From Vicugna vicugna (lineage: Eukaryota): a stretch of 64,000 nt of DNA. Positions 35,831 to 48,945 of this stretch are shown piece after piece. The stretch is from positions 496,001 through 560,000 of the forward strand of contig MU057711.1 of NCBI GenBank assembly GCA_013265495.1, in the 5' to 3' direction. The position numbers and the translations under genes are program-made. The notes beneath the pieces are model-generated. The model had not been told where the DNA came from. It ran no database searches and worked only from the letters and a program-made list of their open reading frames with translations. Each line of letters begins with the position of its first letter. The stretch's first letter is position 1.

Positions 35831-36714
35831 TATTAATAAAAATCTAGTTGGGACCAGCATTTGTTTACAAGATTCACTGCTATGGGCAGCTACATCTCAG
35901 TGCCACCCTGTCCCTCCCCGAGGAGCTCTGACTTTCCTGTACCCTCACCTGCAAATTCCAGATCACTGCATTTCTGTCTGCTGATGGAGTCCTGTCCCCG
36001 CTAGAAGCCCATGGTTATGCCATGCAGTTGAAGTTGGGCTGCAGGAAATCCTCCATACAAATCCCCACCCCCTGGAGCGCAATAGCAGCCCTTGTCTTCC
36101 CAAGTGGATGCCTTGAATCGGTTTTCTCTGTCTAAGGTACTGAGCCTCCTTTTATGGTTGTGTTTTTCCCTACTTGGCAAAAGAGGCTGGTAACTGTGAG
36201 TATGCTAAGGGTTAATTTGGCAGAGTCTCTCGCTGAAGCCTGAAATGACATTTTTGCTTTGACCTATCTTGTCCTTGTGACTTTCCAGAAATGGATTTGG
36301 GTAATGACTTGTCATTATGAGTAATTAGCATTTGTGGAAGTCTGAGAAGACCTGCCCTTTCTCATTTTAGCTTGGGAAACTTTACTACCCTTTTGACACG
36401 TCTATTGAAGTTGCATATTTGGCAAGGTGTGAGATAAAATCATGGACACAAAGGTTATCCATCAATGCCTGTAATTAACCCTTCGTGCTCCTGAAAGAAG
36501 TATAGTTGTTTACATTTCAAGATGCAGTAGACGTATCTTCCAGATTAGACCTAATTTCCTCTAAACACTTTAAATCAAAGTTAGCATTTATCAATTGATA
36601 TTTGGAAGGACAGAAGAGAGTCAGGGTTGTATTTTCTTATTCAGTGTGTCTGACCACACACCAGGGAGTCTGTGACTGCTTACTGCTGCTGGATATTTCT
36701 GCTGATTTACGAGA

Positions 36715-36815
36715 TGTTGGAACCAGAACGAAACTTAGACTCTGACTAGTCCAGTCCTCTCATTTTATAGATGAAGAAACCCAGCCCCACCCCTCAAGAT
36801 AAAATGACTTTGTTT
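36715..36815 (-). mobile_element. MIR fragment
   Basis: CTAGTCCAGTCCTCTCATTTTATAGATGAAGAAAC. Confidence 0.65.
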
Positions 36816-37403
36816 TTAGTACTTAATTCATAGTTTGGAGATTGCAGTAGATGACCTTTAAAGTTCTTTCCGAATGTATGAAATATAGAGCAAAAGATGT
36901 GAGTTCAGCACTCGTGGGGATTCTCTGGGTTTGCGATAATATTGACCTTATTTAGTTCTCTTAAGACACATTCTGGAGTGTTCACAAATGGGTTGTCTCA
37001 GTTAGGCCATCATAAGTATCTCATCTGTTCTGTTATCAGGGCTGCGTCGTGCTGGAGTCTCAAACCAGTGCCTGGAAACTGAACAGTGAAAAAATAAACG
37101 ATGCTGTTAGGCTGCTCTCTGGACTGGAGGGATACTGACTGTCAACACGATCGTGGGCTCTCAGAGGCATCAGGGAAGCCATGCAGGAGGGACACTGGTA
37201 CTCTTGGTTCTACCAAAGGCACCAAACTGTACATTGGAATGAGGGAAGTATGGGAAATAGCAAATCTGGTCTTGACGCCATTTCGACTAATCCGAGCTTG
37301 CTGCTAGCGAGTTAGAATAACAGTATCACAGAATGACCCTGTGTTCATATAGCACAGTTGGCTTCCAAAGGAAAAAACAAAAAATCTGTGTGTGGCTTCA
37401 GAA

Positions 37404-37576
37404 CTCTCTCCCTCCTTCCTCCCGTCCTCTCTTCTCCCCTCTTCCTTCCTTCCTCTTATTCCTCCTTCACTCCTTCCTTTCTTCCATTCATCCTTCCTTT
37501 CCTCTTTTCTCTCTTCCTCCCTCTTGTTTTTTGCTCTCCAATCCTCTCTCTTTGCCATCTTTTCTTTTTCCTTCCT
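37404..37576 (+). repeat. Polypyrimidine (CCTT/CT-rich) low-complexity tract
   Basis: About 170 bp of almost pure C/T on the plus strand. Confidence 0.85.
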
Positions 37577-37849
37577 GTATATAATGCAGGGCTTCCTCCC
37601 CCTGAGGCTCCCAAACTAGATTTTCCTCTTTTAATGCAGAGCGCTGATACAATCTAGGGTTCTCAGCGTGGACTGATTGCAAGAGGCTCCATTGCTACAC
37701 AGAATTAGACATTCTAGTTCTAAAATTTATTGTATTACAACATGAAAAGTTAGCTTTTACTAATGTATCACTATATTTTTATTGATAGTGGGACAAGAGC
37801 AAAGATGTTTGAATTTCTTAGGCTTGATCAGAGCAATAAGGATATGTAG

Positions 37850-39910
37850 AGTAAAAAAAAAAAATTCTAGTTCGAGTCCTAGATATGAGCAACTTGCTCT
37901 GTGATCTTCACCAAAATGCTCTGCTTCATTAATGCAAGTTTCATACCATCTTTATTTGCCAGCTGGGCATGGGACTATACCATGGGTTTAACTCTCTCCC
38001 TACAATATGCCTTGTTGCTTTCCTGCCACCAGGTCCACGATGGCTTTATGAAACCTTCCTTCTTAGTATATTGTAAAAGCAGGTGTTCACCCCAGTCACC
38101 ATGTAGTGGTGCAGGGTTAGGGCCAGCTTTTTCCATAGGAATACAGTGGATGATGGTGTGTGTGTGTCTGTCCGTGCATGTGTGTGTGATTAATGCAAAG
38201 TTGCACCCATCTTCATATATATAGTAAACATTTACTGAGTGTATCTGGGTAGGGAACTGTGAGCCAAGGGCTTGGGCTGCAAAGATGAATAAGAATGGGT
38301 TCCACTGTCTGGCTGCAGATATAAACACAGACAGACAATTGCAACAGAGTATGATAAGTGCTTTGACAGAGTATTGGGGTGTGCAGCCATGGAGCAGAGA
38401 TTCCTAGAGTGGGTGCTCAATGCAACGCACTCTCTCTCCGTACACCAAGGCTTTCCAAAAATGTGGTGCATGGACTCTGGAAGCTTGCTGAATGTGCAGA
38501 TTCCTGGCTGTCACCCTGGCTCTCACAGAGTCTCTGAAGGTGGAACATGGGACTCTGCATTTGTAGCAAGCTCCCGAATAATTTATACACGATTCCAATG
38601 GAGTATACCATTTAAAGTAAAGCTGAAAATCCACCATTTGAGATCCAATTTTCTTTAGGTCTTAAAGTCATTTAGGCTTAACAAATCCCAATTTACAATG
38701 CAAATGCATGCCCCGTTGGGAGAGACTTGTGTCGCATTCTTTCTGTATATACCTTCCCATACTTGCCACCATGCTCAGCATCCTCTAGGAATTCTGAGAT
38801 CAATGACTGCACAGAAAAGATGTGGTGAGTATTGTCAGCTGAGCCCTAAGCTGTGGGGGTAGGAGCAGAGAGGGAGGACAGAGAGTCATGTTTAAACAAT
38901 TGAGAGCAAGCAGAGGACCATGGGTGACAAATTAGGAGCATCAGGAGTGGAAAGAAGGACTCTAAAAGGGCGAGTGGGAGTGAGGTAAGGAAAAACCTAA
39001 TCTGTTTCACAATGTCCAATAACCTTTATCAAGTGAGACTGAGGATGAAACTTACTCTGAATTTTTATATTCTGTCACTACCGTTATTTGCTAACAGGAT
39101 CTGGTCTAATTCGAAAATATATGCAAATTTTAACTTAAAGGTGAGACAGAGTCCTGTCAGATTTGATATTCTGGCTCCATCCCATAATAACTGTATAACT
39201 CAGATAAGTCTCCCAGATTTCATTGGCTTCTTATAAAGCAGGGATAGCAACACCTGCCTGTCTCACAGGATTGTTACAATAGCCAAAAAACATAATATAA
39301 GCATATTTTAAATCTGTGTTGAGCTATTTCTAAAATATCAACTCCAAGAAAGCAGAGATTTCTGTCTAATGTTTACTGTTGTGTCCCCAGGACCTGGGAC
39401 ATTGCCAGCAGATTATAGGCCTTCAGATACTGACAGACAAATTACTTCTGATGACTTATCTGATGAGACAGATGAATGTTGTGGAACAAGCTTCAGACCT
39501 AGGCAGAGCTGGGTATAGATGACAATGTCTACCTCTGATTGCTGTGTGACCCTGGGTGAGTGACTGGGCATCTCTGTTTTTCATTTCTCCTCCATAACAT
39601 AAGAGTGATAATATCTATCTTATAAAGTTGTGCATAAACCAAAAGATAACACATGTAAAGTTCTTGGTACGGTTCCTGGTATTTGGTTGACAGTTGAGGG
39701 GAGCTACATTATTAGCCAGAAGCTTAAAAACCAAAGGTTGAAGAAATGTAGAAAGCACAGAACTGCTTTTTGGAGTCATAAACACTTCTGATAGTTGAAG
39801 GAGTATATGATACACTTTCCAGAGAAACAACACACACACATGCATATTATACACAAAGTATTGCAAAGAATTTCAGAGTTCATCTTGAAGCCATTCATGG
39901 GCCCACAGTC
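37850..39910. mobile_element. Cluster of MIR, L2, MER5 and hAT-Charlie fragments
   Basis: MIR at ~37860-37990, 39135-39310 and 39490-39700. L2 minus at 38225-38420. MER5-like at 38445-38600. Charlie-like at 39750-39910. Confidence 0.55.
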
Positions 39911-41534
39911 AGTGACTTTTTTAAGTCATGATTTTATTTTTTTTAAACAGTACAGGATCATGGTAAAAAAAACGCAAACAAGAAAGAAAAGAACAAATAC
40001 TGAAGTAACAAATTAACTAAACTCCCAGTGCCTAGAAATAACTAACATTAGCACTCCATGAACACATTTCCAAACATTCCTGTATGAATATATATAGGAG
40101 CAAGAGAGAGAAATCTGTAAGAATACATGTTTGTTATTTTTAGAAAACATTTACATTTGATTTTGATGAATTTAATAGAAGGAAAAGAAACTGTTGCAAA
40201 ATGGAAGGAATTTTCAAACTTCTATTTTTTACTTCAGGCATCATTAATTTATAAAAGATTCCTTCATTAATTCCTAGAAGATTCTTCCACGGTCAAGAAA
40301 ATATATATTACAGAATCTTTAAGAGTTAACTCTATTTTTATTCTATTTTAGTTTTAGAAGAGATTTTTGATCTTTACTACAGTAGATGAGTTGATTATTG
40401 TTCTCCTTACATTCTTGCCTCCTTCCTTCTCTGACCACTCAATTTCTGTTGGCTATGCAATTTTTAGTTTATCAGGGTGTTATATGTTTATATCCTATAC
40501 TGGAACCATAATCCTCTCAATAACTTAATGTTTATTCTATGTCAGTGAATTCTTGTAAGAATTTTTTTTAATAGTGTTTATTCTGTTTTGTTGGAGGTCA
40601 GTTTTTGGGGGGGATAGTAGATTGGAGTGTTAGGATATAGTTACCACATATGTTATTATCAAGTGGTCCAGGGAATGCAAAATAGTAGCACAGAGTCTTG
40701 GGCCAATGGATGGGAGTTAGGATACAATCTGGCCAAATTATCTGAGGAATACTGGTGAAGGGCTGGAGCACAGGCCATCTGGTCAACCATGGCTGTGGCA
40801 GGTGGGGCTCTGGGTCCTGGGAGAAGCCTCTGGTTCCCTGGAGAGGGACCATCTGTTAGACCCCCATCCTGCACCTGCTCTGCCGTGTCCCTCAGAAGAG
40901 GCAGTTCTTCAAGGCCAGCTGAGTGGGCCCCTGTGGTTTCATGTCTAGTCTCCTCCAATCCTACTGCTTGGCTCATTCTCGCTGTTCTTTTAATGGTAAC
41001 AGTCAGAGAGGAGGAGGATCTCTCCCCTTTTCTGCAAAAGCCAATCAAATGTTTAAAATGAGGTGGTGAGCATGCCTAACCCAGCCTCAGCCACATAGGG
41101 GCTGAGTTAACATTCACTCGAAATGCAGGTTGAAGTAACAGTCTAGCGTTTTATCTGCATTTAGTGAGCCAGTCCTTGAGGGCTGGGGCCTGCTATCGGC
41201 TCTTCCCACTAGGGAAGGACTGCAGTGGGAAGTGAGGTGAAAAGGGCTGCACAGGGAGAGGAGGAAGCCAGAAAGGTAGGCCGAGGTCACGGATGATGGA
41301 GCGCATGCTCGGTGTTAGAGGGCTGCTGTTAACCTCCCGCAAGGAGGGAGAAATAGACCACATGCATGGAGGTATTTTTGTCATGCAGCTGCAGAAGCAG
41401 GCAGCTCATTTTGCATGATTTATAAGGACCTTTCTAGTTTGTTCTTTTTAACCTAGCTGACTCTGTGAGAAAGAGCCCCATTCCCAGGGGAATCATTAAT
41501 CAAGGCATTCCTCAAAATAGGAATGTTTCCATGG

Positions 41535-41870
41535 AAGCATGGATCAGAGAGGTCTCTTAGAGTTCATCCCTTCCAGTGATCTCGGTCCTGGCTAGACATG
41601 GGACTCTCCGAGGTGTTTCCAACCATTAGGAAAGTACAAGTTATTAGTTTATCTCTGGAGGAAACCATGCATGTGTGTGTTTAAAAGCTCCCCAGGTGAT
41701 TCTAACTTGCAGCCAGAGTTGAGAACTCCTGAATTATTTCAACCCTCTTGTGGTACAGGTGAGGAAAGTGCAGCTCAGAGAGGGAAGGCGCTTGCCCAGT
41801 GTCACACAATTACATTTGTTGTCCAGTTGGGACAAGAACCCAGGGTTTCTGACTCCCTTGTCAATGTTCT
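41535..41870. mobile_element. MIR (minus) with a nested MER5 fragment
   Basis: AAAGCTCCCCAGGTGATTCTAACTTGCAGCCAGAGTTGAGAAC; TACAGGTGAGGAAAGTGCAGCTCAGAGAGGGAAGGCGCTTGCCC. Confidence 0.7.
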
Positions 41871-43829
41871 CTGCAGTGTCACCGTGCTCTGTTGTAACCA
41901 GACCCCTGGACATAGTAACAAATTTCTCCTACTTCTTCTCACAAGGCTCAGAAGAAGTGAACTTCAGCTATTTCTACCAGACCCACTCCTGTTGGGAGCA
42001 TTTTAATGAAATTAATTCTCATATAGAATCCTACTGGTGGTTTATCAAGAAAGGAACAAAGGATGGTCAAGAGAATGACCAGAGGATGTTGCAGTGTGAG
42101 AAAGGATATTGTTGTGGCCACATTGTTTTGTTTAAGGCAGAATGTTTGCCTTCCATCACCAAGGTCTCGTTTTAGCTTGATCTTAGCTTGGGGTGTGGCA
42201 GGAGACCACAGAACAGAGCAAAAGAAGTAATCCATATCCCCTGATACATTTGGTGTGCTTTTAAAATCAGATATTGAAAAGTATGTACCATTAACATGGT
42301 TCCTTTTCCACCTTGGACATCAGGAAGCTCAAAGTAACATTTTATGCTTATCGTAGTCTAGATTTCTACAATAATAGTTTCTGTTTTATCTCTTTCAGTG
42401 TTTGTTTATCATTTGAGTCTTACTTTTACATGCCTAATGGATATGTGTCTTTTGGTGTAAGCGACCTCACATCTTTTGGAGAGCGGTCCAGGATATAAAT
42501 AACATATGGCTCATAAGGAGTTTGATCCAACCATGATCTGAGTGCCAGAGACATCACACCCCAACCCAAAGTATCACTGTCCCTGTGTAAATGACGGGGC
42601 CTCCCCCCCAGAGCCCCTTCCTTGTTTGCTATGATGTTACTATTTGAATTGTTCCTTCTCTACTTTCTTGTCGGATAAGCATAGAAAACTAGGAGAAACT
42701 GCTCTGTCCACCGAAGAGCTTAAATTTTAGGCCCTGAAGTCAAACTTTTCACAAGGGACTCTCTTCAACGTACTTGCATCTCAAATGCCTTTGAAGCGAG
42801 TAGAGGGTAAGAATCGGGGTGTCGGGCCAGGGTGGGGAGGGAAGGCCTGCGTTTGGATGGGAGGTGTGAGGACAGTTCTGCTCTTACAGTTCCAGACACT
42901 GGTGCCATGCCCTCCCAGGTCTTAGTCACCCACTTATGGGGAAAATCCTGTCCCTTAGTTGAAATTTCAGCACAGCTTTCCTCAGTTTGAAAGTTTTTGT
43001 GCTGATTAAGTCACAGTAAGGACTTTTACAGTAAGTAAAATAAGTCCTTACAGGAAGTAAGAAGGACTTCCCCCTTTCTCACTGTGGATTTAAAAAGCGA
43101 GGGACACAGACCAATTTATACTTAGAGTGAAGTTTTGTGGGCAAATCCCATCTGAAAGTGTCCTGGCCAGGGCATCCTTTTTGCAGTATCATCACGGCAG
43201 GTAATAAAAGTCAAGACGTGATGGGGCAAGAGCACGCTCCACGCTTCAAATGACCATTCAAAGAAGTTGCTGGCTGGTCTTTACCCTTCTGGTTCTGTTA
43301 ATCCGGATGGTCATTAATATCAGGCTTCAGGAGCATCTGTCTCCTGGCGGTGGAATTGTCAGGTCAGGTAGCAAGCAGGGGAGAGAATAAAGCCCGTGGG
43401 TAGGTGTTCTTTTGTCTGTTGACTTGTTCTCTAGTGACGCACTCCCTCCATATTTATCATAGGGCCATTCAAGTGGCCAATGTCATCTCTAATGAGGTGG
43501 GATCATTGCCCAGTAAAGCTAATGTGGCTCCTCTGTCTTCTCTCTTAATCCTGGGGCCATGAAGGTAGTTACTGTCACGTCAATCTCTCTCCCAGTCTGG
43601 GTGACAGAGCTTCTTTGGTGAGGAAATTATACCCCATTCCCCCTCCTCCTGCCTCTCTGTCCATCTCTGTAAGAGGCCCTGAAAGCAAGTGAAGAGTTAG
43701 TCTCGATATGGATATGTTGACTGATGTATAACAAGGATTGTGCTCTGTTGTCTAAAGTCAATAATCCTCTCCTGGAACCTCATTAAAGGCAGCTTCTGTT
43801 TAACTTAGAGGGTCTATTCTTGGGGTAAT

Positions 43830-44060
43830 GAGAGGCAGACAAATCTAGACTCAAATCTGTGCCCTCTTCCCAACACATACGCTGTTTACTAAGTGTGTGG
43901 CCTCGGATAAACCACTTCTCTTTGCTACTCGCTCATCTATAATATGGGGATAATTGTTGCTCCTACTTCGTTGGGAAATTGTGCAGAGATGGATTCAGGG
44001 AAGCACACATGTACAAGGCTTAGCCAAGTGCCTGGCACGTAGTAAGTGCTCAATAAAGGG
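43830..44060 (+). mobile_element. MIR SINE
   Basis: CTCATCTATAATATGGGGATAAT..GTGCCTGGCACGTAGTAAGTGCTCAATAAA. Confidence 0.8.
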
Positions 44061-45521
44061 TAATGGTCATCACTAGCATGGATGGTAACCAAACCCAAAG
44101 GCACTTCTCCAGGGACACTCCTGAGGGTCAAAGAAATGAATTTTGGCAAACCACTTTTCAGGAGACTTTACAAGCTCAGTCCTCCGACATCCACGTTCTG
44201 CGGAATAGCAATTCTGGAAAGTCCCATCTGATGCGCTGTGTCCACGCGGCTCAGCCGAAGACATAGTGTGCAGCCTTAAGAGACCTAGAGAAAACTGGCC
44301 ACAAAAACAAGCAAAACTCAAGCTCTGTATTTAGTGCTCAGCCTTCTGTAGACTGTGAAGTTGAACAAGATGGTCTAAAGGTCAGGAGGGGGACTTAACT
44401 CAGCTAAACCTGGAGAGAGAGAGAAAAAAAAATCTCACCACACGGCCGTTCCCATGTTCGAAAGACCTCATGTTGGGGAATTAGAGAAATTCCAATTAAG
44501 CCCTTTCGTTCTGATCTCTCATTAGATCCTTAGAATATATGCAGAAAATTAAATCGAACTGGAGACCTCCAGCTGGGAGATTTATCCGATTTAATGTTTT
44601 GAAAGAGACTTATTATCTTGTCAGGAATAATTCAAAAATCCAAATAAGAGCAATTGAATCAGCAGAATTTAGGCATCGAGACAGCGATCATTCTGTACAA
44701 CCAACCATAGCATTTAAATAGCTGAAGTGACGTTTCCAAAGCTGCCACTCGGCAGTTCAGTCCTTCCAAAAGCTCAGCCCTTCCTCGCTGTACCCTCTCC
44801 CTCCCCTACCATCACCCACCACATTTTAAAGCCCACGATAAAAGACCACAGCAGTAGCATTCAAACGAAACTCGTATTCGGGTTCCTCATTCTTGCCTGC
44901 CTTGTCTTCACTCCATGTCATGTTCTAATCGGTGTGCAGACAGGCTGCAGCCTGGTGGCCTTCCAAAATGCTTGCCCTGTTCCTCTGGGAGTTTTTGGCT
45001 GGCTGCATTCTCCACGTGAAATAGCAGCTGGCTGCCTTCTGCATAATCTCCTGGGATGGGGATCACTGCTAGGAACAATTAAATGGGTTTCAAAATGTAA
45101 TTGGGCTTGTTTTTTATTTTTTATAGCCTTCCAGCTACAGGCAGCAACTACATTGAGAGGTCTGAGGGGCCAGACTGTTTCGTTAATAACCAGAGCCTTC
45201 AGGTAAAGTCAGGAGCTGTTCCTCACCACGGCTCCCATCAAAATCCCTGTTGAGGCCATGTGGATGCCAAGATGTAGCCCAATGACTTATGCCTCCATCC
45301 TGAAGGATGAGGTCTCTCTAAGTATTGTCAGCTGCCCTAGGGCTGCCAGACCCCATAGCTCTCCAGCCTTCTCTGCGGAGAATGGGCTAGAGAGTGGGGA
45401 GGGGGCAGGAGGCAGGTAATGCACTCTAAACTTGCCAGATAATGGTTTGTCCAGCTCGAGTCATTTAAAGAGTCTCTTCCGGTTTAGAACAGTCTCTGTT
45501 GGATAAGTATGTGGTCAGTTC

Positions 45522-46207
45522 AAAGCCTGCAAACAATAAATGCTGAAGAGGCTGTGGAGAAAAGGGAGCCCTCCTACACTGCTGGTGGGAATGCTGTTTG
45601 GTGCAGCCACTGTGGAAAACAGTATGGAGATTCCTCAAAAGACTAAGAGTAGATTTAACATATGATCCAGCAACCCCACTCCTGGGCATATATTCAGAGG
45701 GAATCTTAATTCAAAAAGACAAGTTTACCCCAATGTTCATAGCAGCACTATTTACAATAGCCAAGACATGGAAATAACCTAAATGTCCATTGACAGAAGA
45801 CTGGATAAAGAAGTTTTGGTGTATTTATACAACAGAATACTACTCAGTCACGAAAAAGAATAAAATAGTGCCATTTGCAGCAACATGGATGGACCTGGAG
45901 AATGTCATTCTAAGTGAAGTAAGCCAGAAGGGAAAGAAAAATACCACATGATATCACTTATATGTGAAATCTAACAAAAAAAGAAAAAGACAAACAGACT
46001 TATTTACAAAACAGAAACAGATACACAGACATAGAAAACAAGCTTATGGTTACCAGAGGGGGAAAGGGGTTGGGAAAGGATAAATGTGGAGTTGAGATTT
46101 GCAGATACTAACTACTATATATAATATAGATAAACAACAAGTTTATTCTGTATAGCACAAGGAACTATATTCAATATCTTATAGTAATTTTTGGTGAAAA
46201 AGAATAT
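45522..46207 (+). mobile_element. L1 ORF2 end plus 3'UTR, truncated at both ends
   Basis: AATAAATGCTG..GGAGAAAAGGGAGCCCTCCTACACTGCTGGTGGGAATG..; lacks the terminal ~100 bp and poly(A). Confidence 0.9.
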
Positions 46208-47397
46208 CTCCTTCACAGGACATATGGGGAGTTCCAGGCCCCCTGAAGCCCACACACAGGCCTGAGGTCCAGGAATGCCACTGCAGGGTACCCTGTCTGA
46301 CCCCTCACTCTCAGTTGCTGCATCCTCCCTGTGCCACAGGGGCGTGGCCATGTACGTGGCATTTCCCAGGCAATGCCCACTGAGGTAGGATTCCTTCCAA
46401 CCCGCAGCTCCATGATGATCTTGGCTCCCCCTTACCTATCAGGATGTTTCTACCAACCCCAGCGAATCTGCCACCCAATGAAGAAGATAGTGGGGACACG
46501 TGTCTGACATCTTCCCCCTGCTTCTTCCCACACTTCCTTATGGCAGAAGGAGTTCATCTCACACTTCCTTTGGAAAGCACTTACCCTGTTTCCCAGGGCA
46601 CTGAGTCTCAGGGCTCAGACTTCACGGTGGAAGGGGAGATATCCTTGCTACATCATGGAAGAAACTCTGTGATCTGAGCCTGTTGGGTGTGGTTCTTAAT
46701 GTGGGCGCTCACAATGACCAGGAAAGAAGGGTTCGCAGGGGCAAAAGCTACACTGGTTTAATATCCCCCCGATAGCCTCACTGTATTTACAATCCAGCCT
46801 GCCTTCTAGGGGAGGTAGATCCCAAGACAGAGGTTTGTTATTGAACAGGGGCAGAGCGTGAGGATGCTCCCTCGTGACTCTAAGAGCATGAATCTCACTG
46901 TCCTACCCAAAGAAAGACAGGGACAACACAGACGCTGGGGAGCCTCTGTGGGAGGGAGGCTGGGTCTAGCCTGGTTGGGGACGTCGTGGGAAGGGCTGCT
47001 CGGAGGGGGAAAGGCTACTCTGGAGGAGAAAGGGGAAGTCAGTTGTCTGGCATCTGGAGAGAACTTTGGGGACAAAGCAGAGATATTTAAAGAGAGTATT
47101 TATGAAGTTTGGCCACATGGTGTGAAATATAAACCTCTCTGTTGTCCCGCATCCTCCTGGAAATATAACACTGTGGATCTGGGGATCCAGTCACACTGCA
47201 GTCCCTTTTCTGTCTCCCCTTGCTTTCTGCTCCTAAATGGACCCAAGAGGTTGATGGGACCTGCAACCTTTCCTCTTTCTCTTAGTCACGCCTCTTTCCG
47301 TTTTTCAGGGTGAATTTGTCCATGCTTTTTGTTGAGCTGTTTTTATTTTGGTCATTCTTATTTCAGGTAACAAGTTTAAAAATTTTCATTCCCCTTA

Positions 47398-47569
47398 CAC
47401 TGTATAACACAGGGAAATATATACAAGATCTTGTGGCAGCTCAGGCAAAAAAGAATGTGACAATGAATACGTGTATGTTCACGTGCAACTGAAAAATTGT
47501 GCTCTACCCTGGAAATTGACACAACATTGTAGACTGACTATAACTCAATAAAAAAAAAGTTAAAAAAAC
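47398..47569 (+). mobile_element. L1 3'-terminal fragment (~170 bp)
   Basis: Matches 14780-14940. TSD TTCATTCCCCTTA at 47385-47397 and 47570-47582. Confidence 0.9.
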
Positions 47570-47599
47570 TTCATTCCCCTTAGTCAGTTTATAAATATT

Positions 47600-48410
47600 T
47601 CATAGCAGGTGAAATTCTAGGCACATGGGAACGTGATGAACATGACAGGCACAAGTGAGGAAGACAAACACTGAGTAAAGAATAATGAGATGATTTGGTG
47701 GATAATTCCAAGTGTGTGAAGTGCCGCGGTTGAGGCAATGCGGTGGTGACCGGTACCCTTAGAGGGGGTAATCAGGAGACTCAGAGTCCTCCAGGGGGTC
47801 AGGAGAGGCTTCTCAGAGGAAAGGTATTTGGCTGAGTTGTCCTGAAGAATAAACAGACATGAGCTACAGAAAAAAAGGGGGAAGAATTTCTAAAGATGAG
47901 ACCAATAAATTCAGTTTTTGGAGGCAAAAGAGAGCACAGCATGTTCTAGAACTGAGGCTGGCCAGCCCGGGCAGAGCATAAGGATTGAGGGAGGTGGTGA
48001 TAAACAACGAGGCTGAGGACATTGCTGGGGCCTGTCTTGATGGGGACAGTGCAACACAGAGCTGAGTGCATGGGCTGCCTGCCCCCTAAATTAGGGTGAC
48101 CTTGAGAAGTTGCTCTCTCTAAGTTGGTTCATCTGTAAAGCCAGGATAATGTACCTGACTCATAGGCTTATTTTGAGGATTACATGAGATAACCCACAAA
48201 AATCACTTGGCCCAGTGCCTGGCTCATTATAAGTACATGATAAACACCATGTATGGACTTGTAGACCACAATGAAGAATTTGTATTATATTTTTAAAGCA
48301 ATGGGAAACCATCAGTGAGTTTTAAGGAGAAGTTCCTGATCTGTCCTGTGCTTTTTAAAGCGTTGTCTGGCAGAAGAGAGGAAAACGGAATGGAGAGGAA
48401 GAGGAAATAT
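47600..48410 (-). mobile_element. L2 fragment with a nested MIR (~48060-48250, plus)
   Basis: GGTCAGGAGAGGCTTCTCAGAGGA..GCAATGGGAAACCATCAGTGAGTTTTAAG; MIR CATCTGTAAAG..TGAGGATTACATGAGATAA. Confidence 0.7.
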
Positions 48411-48429
48411 GAGGGTGTTCGTGGGAAGA

Positions 48430-48945
48430 TTGTGGCAGATATGGGGGACTGACTGGTTCAGTGTCCAGTCCAGCCTCCCTCAAACAGGCCTTCCTGTATG
48501 GCAGAGGATGCAGAACACATCTGCTTCTGTAGCAGATAACATTCCATCAGTTACATGCATCTGGGAGATTCAGAAGGTGGTCCCAGCTGACAAGACTGGC
48601 CACGGCCATCGGCTCTCTCTGAAGCCAGTGTCAGGCACCAACACAATGGTGACAAGAGGCAGCTTCACTGCCTTTGTGACCTAGGGCCACATCTAACACG
48701 ATGTTCTCAGAGTGAGAATTTCCAGTGATGGCTCCCTGAATCTCCACCTTCCTGACAGTGGCAGGGGAGCAGTTCCTCTGCTGGGCTCATTCTGTTGTGT
48801 TGCTCTGAATGTTATTTCTGGAAGCTCAGTCCAGACCCTTCCAGCCCTTCCAGGACAGAGCAAGCACCTCATTTTCTATATTAAATCCCTTTATATGTAA
48901 AAGCTAAAGTGGTTTCTACTTCCTGCAACTAACCCCCAATTGATA
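48430..48945 (+). mobile_element. ERVL LTR (LTR33-like)
   Basis: Ends TTAAATCCCTTT..GCTAAAGTGGTTTCTACTTCCTGCAACTAACCCCCAATTGATA. Confidence 0.6.

Noticed and set aside
37304..37682. Charged or hydrophobic low-complexity ORFs
   Set aside because: These are translations of a CT-rich tract.
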